Source: an uncultured Dehalococcoidia bacterium
GTDB lineage: Bacteria > Chloroflexota > Dehalococcoidia > Lucifugimonadales > UBA3495
Direction of reading: 5' to 3'
Assembly (NCBI GenBank): GCA_950072105.1
Contig: CATMOE010000047.1
Location: forward strand, 1-29,333
DNA: 29,333 nt
Positions 1-8,390 of this stretch are shown piece after piece. Both the position numbers and the translations under genes were made by a program. A model generated the notes under the pieces. That model worked only from the letters and a program-made list of their open reading frames with translations, had not been told where the DNA came from and did no database searches. How positions within the stretch are numbered: position 1 is the stretch's first letter; the number at the start of each line of letters is the position of its first letter.

Positions 1-480
1 CCGATCCTGATTCTCAGCGTTCTGGATGAGACCGCGTCCAAGCTAACCGCCCTGGACTTGGGAGCTGACGACTACCTCACAAAACCTTTCCGCATAGAGG
101 AGTTGTTGGCCAGGACGCGGGCTATTCTACGCCGAACCGCTCAAGCTACAAAAGATGAATCGGTTCCGAGCACCTGGGATTACCGATCGGGTGAATTGTA
201 TGTCGATCTGAACGGTTTACGAGTTGTCAGCCACGGCCGCAGTAAACAATTAACACCACGCGAGTGGGCCCTGCTACGAGTGTTCATTAAATATGCCGGG
301 CAGGTAGTCGCCCCGCGAACGTTGTTGAAGGAAGCTTGGGGGCCAGACTATGGCGACGAGGGAGACTACGTTCGGACCTACGTGAACCGCCTACGGCGAA
401 AGATAGAGCCTGAGCCAAACCAACCTCGATATCTGCTACTTGAGCGCGGCCTCGGCTATAGGCTGGTCGAACCTGCCTGA
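1..480 (+). CDS. kdpE: OmpR/KdpE-like two-component response regulator (5'-truncated by window edge)
   Basis: Frame is open from base 1 (PILILSVLDETASKLTALDLGADDYLTKPF = receiver C-terminus); winged-helix end LTPREW..LL..WG..Y.....VRTYVNRLRRKIEPEP.QPRYLL.ERGLGYR is typical of KdpE-like proteins. Confidence 0.8.
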   Translation, partial: PILILSVLDETASKLTALDLGADDYLTKPFRIEELLARTRAILRRTAQATKDESVPSTWDYRSGELYVDLNGLRVVSHGRSKQLTPREWALLRVFIKYAGQVVAPRTLLKEAWGPDYGDEGDYVRTYVNRLRRKIEPEPNQPRYLLLERGLGYRLVEPA

Positions 481-544
481 TTCCCAGGTTGCCAGACATT
501 AGAAGGTTAGAACAGGTTCGGGCGGCTTATCTTGCCAGGATCAC

Positions 545-955
545 CTAGGCGGCAGGCTTGAAATACGGCACGGAAATTTGGTCGGTGGCCCGGACAAACG
601 TGACCTCCACCGGCATCCCAATGCTCACACTCCTGGGGTCGCAATCAACAATGTTGGTAAACATACGGACCCCTTCTTCAAGTTCCACCAGGGCCAGCAC
701 GTAAGGCACCTCTTCGGCAAATCCCGGCGTTCCGTTCTGGTAGGTCACGGTAAAAGTCCAGACTGTCCCCTTGCCGCTGGCAGTGACCCACTGGATATCG
801 TTGGACCAACAGTTGGCGCAGATTCCTCGTGGATAGAACTGGTACTCTTCGCAACTGTCGCACTTCTGAATCAATAATTCACCACGCCGGCAGTGGTCCC
901 AGTACGGCTTGGTCTCACCGGAAATAGTCGGCAACGGTTTGTTCCACTCCGGCAT
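545..955 (-). CDS. DUF35 family Zn-ribbon/OB-fold protein (acyl-CoA-binding partner of thiolase-like proteins)
   Basis: YW......LLIQKCDSC...FYPRGICANC, GKGTVWTFTV, PYVLALVELEEGVRMFTNIV, IGMPVEVTF; starts 3 nt after the thiolase-like gene stop. Confidence 0.92.
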   Translation of the reverse strand: MPEWNKPLPTISGETKPYWDHCRRGELLIQKCDSCEEYQFYPRGICANCWSNDIQWVTASGKGTVWTFTVTYQNGTPGFAEEVPYVLALVELEEGVRMFTNIVDCDPRSVSIGMPVEVTFVRATDQISVPYFKPAA

Positions 956-958
956 CGT

Positions 959-2140
959 CTAATCCCTCCCCAAGATCACGGTCCCACCGCTGTGGCGGCT
1001 GCCCAATGCGCCTCCGGTGCCGTGACATAGAGCGATGTTGCAATCGGCTACTTGTCTGGGAGTCCCGTAGAATTCGTGTCTGAGTTGGCGGGTGGCCTCC
1101 AACAGAAGGAAGATTCCCCTCATGCCAGGGTGGTTGGAAGAGAGACCACCGCCGTCTGTATTGATGGGTAGCTCGCCGCCGATGCGCAAGCGGCCGCCGG
1201 ATACGAAATCACCACCATCACCCTTCTTGCAAAACCCTAGGTCCTCCAGGGTTTCCAGAACGGTGATGGTGAAGGAATCGTAAATCATCGCCATGTCGAT
1301 GTCTTGGTGGGTGACCCCGGCCATACCGAAGGCCGGCTCATGGCTTTGGTGAGCGGCGATGTACATCAAATCCCGCTTCCCCGCTCCCTGGTGGGCCACC
1401 GCCTCTCCGGCGCCCAGCACCCAAACCGGTTGATGCCGGCAGTTGCGGGCGACTTCCGCCGACGCCACCACGACGGCCCCGCCGCCATCGGTGATCACAC
1501 AGCAGTCGGGCAGATGCAGAGGAGAGGAGATCACCCGGGAGTTGACCACGTCTTCCACGGTGATGGGGTTTCGGAACAGTGCCTCGGGATTCATGGAAGC
1601 ATGATACCGCGTTGCCACGGCAATCTCCGCCAGTTGCTCCGAAGTGGTGCCGTAAAGGTGCATGTGGCGCTGAGCGATCATGGCATACAGACCCACGGTG
1701 GTCAGTCCGTACAACTCCTCAAAACTGTCCGGTGAGGGCTCCAATCGGGGATGGCCGAACCGTGCCACGCCGCCCGTTCCCACCGAGACGCTGCTTGAGC
1801 GGGCCAAGCTGCTGTATGTGATAACGGCGCAGTTAAGCCGCCCGGCCACGATGGCGTTGAGGGCGTGGGAAAGATGGAACTCGAACGACCCTCCGCCCAC
1901 GGTGGTGTTATCCACGAACCTGGGGTACATGTTCAGGTAGTCAGCCAGGTTCAGAGCGGTGTTCCGGGCAGAACTGGAGGCGGTGAGCAACCCGTCCACG
2001 TCCTGCTTGGTCAAACCGGCGTCCTCCAAAGCCTTGATAACACTCTCGCCTTGGATCTGCAGTTCGCTCTTGTCCGGAGCGTAACGGGTTACGTGCTCAT
2101 GGATGCCAACGATGGCCGCGGCATGCTTGAGGTCAACCAT
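959..2140 (-). CDS. Thiolase-like protein (SCP2/non-specific lipid-transfer protein type)
   Basis: Start reassigned to ATG at 2140 (AGGAGGT SD upstream); motifs SRVISSPLHLPDCCVITDGGGAVVV, IYDSFT, NTDGGGLSSNHPG, EATRQLR. Confidence 0.9.
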   Translation of the reverse strand: MVDLKHAAAIVGIHEHVTRYAPDKSELQIQGESVIKALEDAGLTKQDVDGLLTASSSARNTALNLADYLNMYPRFVDNTTVGGGSFEFHLSHALNAIVAGRLNCAVITYSSLARSSSVSVGTGGVARFGHPRLEPSPDSFEELYGLTTVGLYAMIAQRHMHLYGTTSEQLAEIAVATRYHASMNPEALFRNPITVEDVVNSRVISSPLHLPDCCVITDGGGAVVVASAEVARNCRHQPVWVLGAGEAVAHQGAGKRDLMYIAAHQSHEPAFGMAGVTHQDIDMAMIYDSFTITVLETLEDLGFCKKGDGGDFVSGGRLRIGGELPINTDGGGLSSNHPGMRGIFLLLEATRQLRHEFYGTPRQVADCNIALCHGTGGALGSRHSGGTVILGRD

Positions 2141-2216
2141 CGATGCTTGTACCTCCTGTCCCGCTTGGTGGGAAACCGCTTGGGCATGTCCGTAGCCGCC
2201 AGCGCTCTTCGGGGCA

Positions 2217-2245
2217 ATCATATCCTTCCGGTCTTAGCCGGTCAA
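2217..2245 (-). promoter_or_regulatory. Putative sigma70 promoter for the thiolase/DUF35 operon
   Basis: Minus strand TTGACC-N17-TATGAT. Confidence 0.55.
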
Positions 2246-2333
2246 TTAGACATTTTGAGCCTCTTTCTAATCCGCGGTCCACCCGATATAGTAGGTCGCA
2301 GTACATTACGATCTATGCGGCAAAGGAGTGGGT

Positions 2334-2981
2334 ATGCTGGCTTTCCTAGGGGGTACCGGACCCGAAGGCAAGGGCTTGGCGCTGCGGCTGGCGGCGGCGG
2401 GGGAGCCCGTCATCATCGGCTCCCGGGACGCCGGACGGGCCGCCACCGCGGCGGAAGAGTTATTGCAACTTGCTCCCGGAACCAATATCAGTGGCGCCGA
2501 AAACGCCCAGGCCGCCGCACAAGCCGACGTGGTCTTCTTGGCATTCCCTTACGAGGGTCAACGCTCCACCCTGGAACAGCTCAAAGATACCCTGGCAGGG
2601 AAAGTAGTGGTGGACGTCATCGCCCCCATGAGTTTCCAGCGAGGGCGGGGCGCCAGCGCCGTCGAGGTCGAAGCCGGGTCGGCCGCCCAGGAAGCCCAGG
2701 AGCTGCTGCCTGATTCTCTAGTGGTTTCGGCGTTCCAGAACATCAGCGCGGAGGAATTGCAGCAACCGGACACCGTCATGGACGGGGACGTTATCGTTTG
2801 CTCCGACCATGCCGAAGCCAAAAGCCTGGTCATGGATTTGGTCAGCAAGATTCACAGTCTGCGACCCGTGGACGGCGGCGGCTTGGCCAACTCCAAGTAC
2901 GTGGAACAGATAACGCCCATGTTGGTCAACATCAACCGCATCTACAAGATTCACGCCGGCATCAAGATCGTAGGGATCTAA
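2334..2981 (+). CDS. npdG: NADPH-dependent F420 reductase (F420H2:NADP+ oxidoreductase)
   Basis: LGGTGPEGKGLALRLA, IIGSRDAGRA, GSAAQ, VSAFQNISA, DGGGLANS..VEQITPMLVNINR.YK.HAGIKIVG; AAGGAG SD before ATG 2334. Confidence 0.92.
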   Translation: MLAFLGGTGPEGKGLALRLAAAGEPVIIGSRDAGRAATAAEELLQLAPGTNISGAENAQAAAQADVVFLAFPYEGQRSTLEQLKDTLAGKVVVDVIAPMSFQRGRGASAVEVEAGSAAQEAQELLPDSLVVSAFQNISAEELQQPDTVMDGDVIVCSDHAEAKSLVMDLVSKIHSLRPVDGGGLANSKYVEQITPMLVNINRIYKIHAGIKIVGI

Positions 2982-3032
2982 CCCGAAAACCAATCTGACG
3001 GAACCCAATCTGAATAAAAGAGGAGCGTTCGC

Positions 3033-3557
3033 ATGCCAAGAGCAACGATAGACCTGATGGACCCGGCTGGTCTGAGCATCGTTAAGGCCCAATGGCGGTT
3101 CGCCCCCGGACTGGTCCCCGGTGAGCCCAACGAGGGTCTGGTCTCTCAGCTAACCGGCAGCCCAGCCCGGTTATCCGACTACGACGATTCGGGCTGGGAG
3201 GCGACCAACGACCTGGCCCGGTGGCATTCCAAAGGCCTGACCTTCGCCTGGTACCGCATCAAGATAACTCTGCCGGAGACCGTAGGAGGACAGGATATTC
3301 GGGAGAGCCGGTGCCTGTTCGAGACCTGCATCGACGACTATGGGGAGCTCTGGGTGGATGGGGAGTGCAACCGGGACCGGGGAACAGTGCAGGGCTTCAA
3401 CGTACCGCAACGAGTGGTGATCAGCGCCGAGCCGCAACCGGGCGCTCAGCATACCATTGCCCTGCTGGCGATGAATGGCCCGATCGCGGCGCCGGGCGGA
3501 GCGGTCTTTGTCCGGTGGGCTCAGCTAGGCTTCGAGTGGCGAACGCCGGGGTACTAG
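3033..3557 (+). CDS. Stand-alone galactose-binding-like (jelly-roll) domain protein
   Basis: DYDDSGWE, WYRIKITLP, DDYGELWVDG motifs as in GH2-type sugar-binding N-domains; AGAGGAG SD. Confidence 0.65.
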   Translation: MPRATIDLMDPAGLSIVKAQWRFAPGLVPGEPNEGLVSQLTGSPARLSDYDDSGWEATNDLARWHSKGLTFAWYRIKITLPETVGGQDIRESRCLFETCIDDYGELWVDGECNRDRGTVQGFNVPQRVVISAEPQPGAQHTIALLAMNGPIAAPGGAVFVRWAQLGFEWRTPGY

Positions 3558-3587
3558 AACCTTTCAGGCCACGGAACCCCGTAGGCA

Positions 3588-3616
3588 GTAGGGGCAGGTT
3601 TTAAACCCGCCCCTAC
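3588..3616. repeat. GTAG-tagged REP-like palindrome
   Basis: GTAGGGGCAGGTTTTAAACCCGCCCCTAC, near-perfect inverted repeat between convergent genes. Confidence 0.75.
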
Positions 3617-3686
3617 ATTGCAAATCTCACTATCACTTTTATAACCCACGCATCAGCTGCGGCAAACGGTTCGGAGTCCTACCGCT

Positions 3687-3947
3687 TTACTCCTCGTCAT
3701 CTTCATCGTCCAGGTCCTTCGACTCGTAGCCCATCCCCTCAAGCTCAGCTAGAAGAAGCTTGGCAAATTCTTCCACGGTACCGGTTTCCGGTATCGTGAT
3801 TTCTATATTGCCGCCGTCGGCCCGATTTATCGAACCGGGGTCCTCTTTGGTCAGTTCCACACTGACGGACTCCCGGTGGATGCCCATCGCGTCGGTGACC
3901 GAGAATATGATTCCCATATCCGTCATGTTGATGATTCCGTCGGGCAT
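3687..3947 (-). CDS. Small acidic hypothetical protein (86 aa)
   Basis: Plausible composition MPDGIINMTDMG...DLDDEDDEE; AAGGTG SD-like before ATG 3947 (alternative GTG at 3956); co-oriented downstream of the thioredoxin-like gene. Confidence 0.7.
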   Translation of the reverse strand: MPDGIINMTDMGIIFSVTDAMGIHRESVSVELTKEDPGSINRADGGNIEITIPETGTVEEFAKLLLAELEGMGYESKDLDDEDDEE

Positions 3948-3977
3948 GTCAAACACCTTGAGAACGAGAGTTAACGT

Positions 3978-4050
3978 TCACCACAGAGAGCACAGAGGAC
4001 ACGGAGATTATTTAGCTTTTCCTCCAATAGCTCCGTTCCCTCTGTGGCTA
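3978..4050. repeat. CACAGAG-type imperfect inverted repeat element (copy 1)
   Basis: CCACAGAGAGCACAGAGGACACGGAG ... CTCCGTTCCCTCTGTGG; related element at 8391-8468. Confidence 0.7.
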
Positions 4051-4059
4051 GAATAGAGT

Positions 4060-4686
4060 TTAGTCTTCCGGGGGCCACTTGGTGCCGCCCACAGCGGGGC
4101 GTTCGGAACCTGAGGACTGCAACCCTTCCGCCACGGTGCGGCCGAAGGAGTCTAGTATAACCTCGCCCCATTCCTGGGCGTGGGCAACTCGAAAACTCAT
4201 TCGCTTGCCCCGTCCTGCGGCCCGCTTGTTCTCCTCGCTTTCTCCGGCGATCTCCTGAGCGATGGCTTCGTCCATGGCGTCAAGAGCGGGAACCAGTTCG
4301 CCGGCTGTTTCGATAAAGCGGGCGATCTCGTTCATGGACTCGTCCATGACGATGAATACCGGCACCGTGCCGGCACGGTTCTCCGGCAGGAAGCTGTTGG
4401 TCAGTTCCAACTCGTCGTCCCGGTTGAAGATCTGGATGGCAAGCCCTGGCGTGCTCTCGGCCAAACGCATGATCACCGGGGTGGTGCTGACCGCGTCGCC
4501 GCACCAATCGGCGGTGAACACTGCCAGCCGAAGGGGCTCGGACCGGCCATCGAACTGGGCCTTGGCTTTGTCGGGTATCTTTATAGTGTTGTAAATATCC
4601 AAAATCGTCTGCTTATTAACCTTGATCTGGTCGATGTACTCCTGAGGTGTCATTCCCTGATTAAACTTGTCTTCGGTTAACGCCAT
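4060..4686 (-). CDS. Thioredoxin-like protein (Thioredoxin_9 type), single-Cys WCGDA active site
   Basis: VFTADWCGDAVSTTPVI, NRD, VPVFIVMD; start reassigned to ATG 4686 with GGAGGC SD. Confidence 0.85.
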   Translation of the reverse strand: MALTEDKFNQGMTPQEYIDQIKVNKQTILDIYNTIKIPDKAKAQFDGRSEPLRLAVFTADWCGDAVSTTPVIMRLAESTPGLAIQIFNRDDELELTNSFLPENRAGTVPVFIVMDESMNEIARFIETAGELVPALDAMDEAIAQEIAGESEENKRAAGRGKRMSFRVAHAQEWGEVILDSFGRTVAEGLQSSGSERPAVGGTKWPPED

Positions 4687-4881
4687 GGCGGCCTGCCTCC
4701 TAAGAACAATTTGCGAGCGGCTTACCCCGGGCATTTTCACCGCCTAGTGTCTCAATTGTTGCTCCATTTGACAATGGGGCGCCACATGGTGCTGAGGAAG
4801 CCTTCCCCGGCTCGACTAATAGAACCGGCATGTTAGAATTGGAATCCATCGCAGTACCGTCCTGGGAAAGGAGCATCCCAT

Positions 4882-5325
4882 TTGGCAACCGATCAAAGCG
4901 ATCCTTATTTAAAATACGCCCTGTTCTGCAAAGACACCGAGGAAGGAGACGACGGCGATCTGATCCTGAAGGGAATAATCGACCTGATCGACCTTCCAGC
5001 GCCCACCGAGGGTGCCACTCAAGACAAGCCGGTCCTGGCCGAAGTAGACGTACAGTTGGCTTTCTGTATCGGCGGCGTCTCCGCCGGACCCCATTTTCTT
5101 CTGGTCGCCATCAAGGCGCCCGGCGCCCCTCTAGACCCGCCGCCTCCCCAACGGATAGATTGGGAGGAAGGAATCATTTTCCAACGCTGGATCAAGCTGT
5201 TCCGGATCCCCGTCCAAGAGGCCGGGGAGCACAAGGCTGCGATCCTTTTCGACGGCCAGCCCTTGGGCGAGGCCAGCTTTCTGGTCCGGTTCAAATCCGG
5301 AATGCCTCCGGTTGAATCAGCCTGA
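4882..5325 (+). CDS. Hypothetical protein, DUF6941-like beta-rich family
   Basis: YALFCKD...DGDLILKGIID start and final GEHKAAILFDGQPLGEASFLV strands resemble DUF6941; TTG start with AAAGGAG SD. Confidence 0.6.
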   Translation: MATDQSDPYLKYALFCKDTEEGDDGDLILKGIIDLIDLPAPTEGATQDKPVLAEVDVQLAFCIGGVSAGPHFLLVAIKAPGAPLDPPPPQRIDWEEGIIFQRWIKLFRIPVQEAGEHKAAILFDGQPLGEASFLVRFKSGMPPVESA

Positions 5326-5373
5326 ATATTCAAAGAAGTTCACTAACACGGTACTAGTATTGAGACTCTTGTG

Positions 5374-5402
5374 TTGAACGTGGGAATCGTCTTGGCTATA
5401 AT
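5374..5402 (+). promoter_or_regulatory. Putative sigma70 promoter for the desulforedoxin-like gene pair
   Basis: TTGAAC-N17-TATAAT ending 42 nt upstream of GTG 5445. Confidence 0.65.
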
Positions 5403-5444
5403 ATAGGCACGATTGAAGCTTAGTAACCAAAGGGGGCTGAACCG

Positions 5445-5561
5445 GTGGCCAACCAAACAGGAAAACGCTATTTCTGCGAAAAGTGCGGATCGGAGTTCAT
5501 TGTGACCAAGGGCGGTGACGGCGCGGTGAACTGCTGCAGCCAACCGATGGCACAGAAGTAA
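5445..5561 (+). CDS. Desulforedoxin-like miniprotein 1 (38 aa; below ORF-track cutoff)
   Basis: Translated by hand: MANQTGKRYFCEKCGSEFIVTKGGDGAVNCCSQPMAQK*; C-x2-C-x15-CC spacing as in desulforedoxin; AAGGGGG SD, GTG start. Confidence 0.85.
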   Translation: MANQTGKRYFCEKCGSEFIVTKGGDGAVNCCSQPMAQK

Positions 5562-5625
5562 GTTCCAGCGCCCAACCGCGGATCGCCGGATGGATCCGCC
5601 ACCTGATCCAAAGGAGTATCTATCA

Positions 5626-5769
5626 ATGGCCAACGAGCTAGGGAAACGTTACAACTGCGCAACGTGCGGCAGCAGCGTGCTGTGCACCAAGGGCGGCGAG
5701 GGAGTCATTCTCTGCTGCGAAGCTGATATGGAGCTACAGGAAGCCCGCAAGCTTCCCTCTTCCGACTAA
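5626..5769 (+). CDS. Desulforedoxin-like miniprotein 2 (47 aa; below ORF-track cutoff)
   Basis: Translated by hand: MANELGKRYNCATCGSSVLCTKGGEGVILCCEADMELQEARKLPSSD*; C-x2-C-x15-CC; AAAGGAG SD; 19/38 identical to miniprotein 1. Confidence 0.88.
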   Translation: MANELGKRYNCATCGSSVLCTKGGEGVILCCEADMELQEARKLPSSD

Positions 5770-5873
5770 GCTTCTCAGTTAGGCTATTTCTGGCTTATAC
5801 CAGGCGTGCGCACACTGCCGGACTTTATGGCTGATGTGCTGCGGGCCTGGTTTCTTTTGGGCGTGCTTCGGCC

Positions 5874-6010
5874 TTACGCCTTCAGTATCTCCCGCCGCGC
5901 CAGCACCCGTTCCATCAAACGCCTCATGCCCAACTCGCCGGAGATAACCAGGGATTCGATTAATTAGGAATTGGCTTTGGCCCGGCGCGTCTCGCGGCTC
6001 AGCAATGGCC
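5874..6010 (-). pseudogene. Degraded C-terminal remnant of a large AAA-ATPase/TPR-type (kinase- or cyclase-fused) regulator
   Basis: Reads ...RRAKANS*LIESLVISGELGMRRLMERVLARREILKA* with an internal TAA at 5964-5966; matches from memory a conserved C-terminus (A.SLLDESL.IS.ELGMRPLMERVLSRREILKA) of a multi-copy Chloroflexota family. Confidence 0.5.
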
Positions 6011-6018
6011 CACCAAGA

Positions 6019-6687
6019 TTATCCATCATCGGTGGCGACCCTTGGCGTTCGATAAAACATGTTTGTGCACACCGTGCAGGCGTGGACTTGCCACATTCCC
6101 GATGCGCCGGCACCGGCGAGATCCGGCCGGTACTCCAAGCCGCCGGCATAGGACAGCCTCCCGCAGGCCGGACAGTCCACGGACGATGGCATCCATTCTG
6201 ACTGGCACCGTGGACAGCGCCGTTGACCATCGCTCTCATGCAGACGGAACATCGAACAGTTGCATATTGGGCACGTGGCTTTCACCGCTTGGGGTGGGCT
6301 TTCTTCTGCCTGTGTTGGAATCGGGTGATCGGGCGGAGGTTCGAGCGCGGCGAGTCCTTGTTCCATCGCGCGGGCATCGGCGGTGAAGCGGTAGCCCGAG
6401 CCCATTGAAAATTCCAAGCAGTCCGAATCCACCAGGCCACTGAAAAAGCTCAGAGCTGCCTCAAAGGCTTCACGGTCTGTCTCCAGAATCATGCGGCCCA
6501 TAGTCAAACGAAACAAGATAGGCACATCGAAGCCGTTTGGGCTAAGAGTCTGGCCGTCCGTCTGGTTCTTTGCCATCTGGTGGGCGAGTTGCCTAAGCAT
6601 CAAAAGGCTGGGTTCCACGGACTCCGCGATATCGGGGTGAGCCCACAAGAGGTTCTCAAACGATCGAATCTGTTTTGGCTCGTCCAT
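6019..6687 (-). CDS. Hypothetical protein with four C-terminal CxxC pairs (double zinc-ribbon-like)
   Basis: CPIC, CPRC, CPAC, CTVC after a Pro-rich linker; longest ORF in this interval. Confidence 0.7.
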   Translation of the reverse strand: MDEPKQIRSFENLLWAHPDIAESVEPSLLMLRQLAHQMAKNQTDGQTLSPNGFDVPILFRLTMGRMILETDREAFEAALSFFSGLVDSDCLEFSMGSGYRFTADARAMEQGLAALEPPPDHPIPTQAEESPPQAVKATCPICNCSMFRLHESDGQRRCPRCQSEWMPSSVDCPACGRLSYAGGLEYRPDLAGAGASGMWQVHACTVCTNMFYRTPRVATDDG

Positions 6688-6849
6688 AGTTCACGCTCTT
6701 CCCGATAACCCCTAGCTGATCTAGTTGCACAGAGTAGCACAATAGAGGCCAGCCTAATTATCGGACAACGGCGAGGGATAATTACCCTCCAATACGCGGT
6801 TCGGATGATTCACACGCCACTCACACCCAGAGTTCAACCGTCAGACCCT

Positions 6850-6879
6850 TTGACACCCCTTTTATCCCCTTGCTACACT
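6850..6879 (+). promoter_or_regulatory. Putative sigma70 promoter for hpaB-like gene
   Basis: TTGACA-N18-TACACT with extended -10 TG. Confidence 0.6.
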
Positions 6880-6932
6880 CCCCTCGAAACTAGCTTGAGT
6901 TAAATGCCACTCGACCCGGCAGAGGATGTGTC

Positions 6933-8387
6933 ATGCCAGCTAAGACAGGCGCGCAATACATTTCCAGGCTAAGCGAAATGTCCACGGAGGTGTGGATCCG
7001 GGGCGAGCGGATAGAAGACGTCACCACTCACCCGGCCCTGCGCAACGGCGTCCGCTCCGTGGCCGATCTGTACGACATGCAACTCGATCCGGGGTTGCAG
7101 GAGGAGATGACCTATGCATCTCCCACCGACGGTGAGCCGGTCGGATTATCATTCCTGATCCCTCGCACGGTGGAAGACTTGGAGCGGCGGCGGGCCATGA
7201 TGACCCGGTGGGCCTGGTCAAGCTGCGGCATGATGGCACGCACCCCCGATTTCCTCAACGTGGCCATCACCGCTTGGGCGGGCGGGGCGGAATATTTCGG
7301 CCAGAACCGGCCCGAGTTCAAGAAGAACGTGTTGGACTATTACGAGTTCATCCGCGAGAACGACATCACCCTGACCCACACGTTGGTGAATCTACAGAAA
7401 AGCCGCATTCCGGGGATGGCCGATAACCTGGACGAACAGGTGGCGCTGACGGTGATGCGGGAGACCGACGCGGGCATCATCGTCAAGGGCAGCCGCATGC
7501 TGGCGACCCTGGGACCTATCACCGACGAGATCGCCGTATATCCCACCCGGAGCCACCTTCTGGGAGACAACGCCTGGCGTCAGGCTTTCTCCTTCTCTAT
7601 CCCTTGCGACACGCCGGGAGTCAAATTCATGTGCCGGGAAAGCCTGGACCAGGGCCGGTCCCACTTCGACCACCCCTTGGGCTCACGCTTCGAAGAGATG
7701 GACGCGGTGGTCTTCTTCGACGACGTGCTGGTGCCTTGGGAACGGGTTTTCCTGCTGGGAGACGTGGACATGTGCAATAACCACGGCAATGCCACCCAGA
7801 TGAACACCCACACCGGACATCAAGTTACCACCCGATGCGTGGTAAAAGCCGAGTTCATCTTGGGACTGGCCGGACAGATGGTCGAAACTCTGGGCTCGGA
7901 ACAGTTGGACCATGTTCAGGAGAGGATGGGAGAACTCGTGTGTTACCTGGAGATTCTGAAAGCTTGCGTCCGGGCATCGGAGGCCGACGCCAAGCTGAAC
8001 GAGTGGGGAGTGATGTGCCCGTCGGCGGCGCCCCTGGTGGCGGGCCGGAACCTGTTCCCCCGGATGATGTATCCTCGCATGGCTGAGATTATTCAGATAC
8101 TGGGATCCAGCAGCCTGATGGCGCTGCCCTCTGAAGCCGATTTCGATACGGCGCTGACTCCCGAGGTGGAACGGTACCTGGCCACCGACAACTCCTCGGC
8201 CCGGGATCGCGCCAGGCTGTTTCATCTGGCTTGGGACGTGACCTGTAGCTCATTTGGCGGGCGGCAGGTCCTATACGAGCGGTTCTTCGGCGGCGACCCG
8301 GTGCGCAATTCCATCTCGTTGTCCCACAACTACGACCGAGGTCCCGCCATGGCGAGGGTTCGGGAGTTCCTGGAGCGCCCGGATTAA
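6933..8387 (+). CDS. hpaB: 4-hydroxyphenylacetate 3-monooxygenase-like oxygenase component (flavin-dependent, two-component)
   Basis: EVWIRGERIEDVTTHPA, GMMARTPDFLN, ETDAGIIVKGSRMLATLGP, FDHPLGSRFEEMDAVVFFDDVLVPWERVF, GGRQVLYERFFGGDP. Confidence 0.92.
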   Translation: MPAKTGAQYISRLSEMSTEVWIRGERIEDVTTHPALRNGVRSVADLYDMQLDPGLQEEMTYASPTDGEPVGLSFLIPRTVEDLERRRAMMTRWAWSSCGMMARTPDFLNVAITAWAGGAEYFGQNRPEFKKNVLDYYEFIRENDITLTHTLVNLQKSRIPGMADNLDEQVALTVMRETDAGIIVKGSRMLATLGPITDEIAVYPTRSHLLGDNAWRQAFSFSIPCDTPGVKFMCRESLDQGRSHFDHPLGSRFEEMDAVVFFDDVLVPWERVFLLGDVDMCNNHGNATQMNTHTGHQVTTRCVVKAEFILGLAGQMVETLGSEQLDHVQERMGELVCYLEILKACVRASEADAKLNEWGVMCPSAAPLVAGRNLFPRMMYPRMAEIIQILGSSSLMALPSEADFDTALTPEVERYLATDNSSARDRARLFHLAWDVTCSSFGGRQVLYERFFGGDPVRNSISLSHNYDRGPAMARVREFLERPD

Positions 8388-8390
8388 CTA

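Noticed and set aside
1865..2713. 282-aa plus-strand ORF and similar long alternative-frame ORFs across the window
   Set aside because: Arg/Gly/Pro-rich shadow frames overlapping well-supported genes, expected in high-GC DNA
5343..5662. Minus-strand ORFs 5343-5633 and 5468-5662 from the track
   Set aside because: Antisense shadows of the two plus-strand desulforedoxin-like genes, which have promoter, SDs and a recognisable motif
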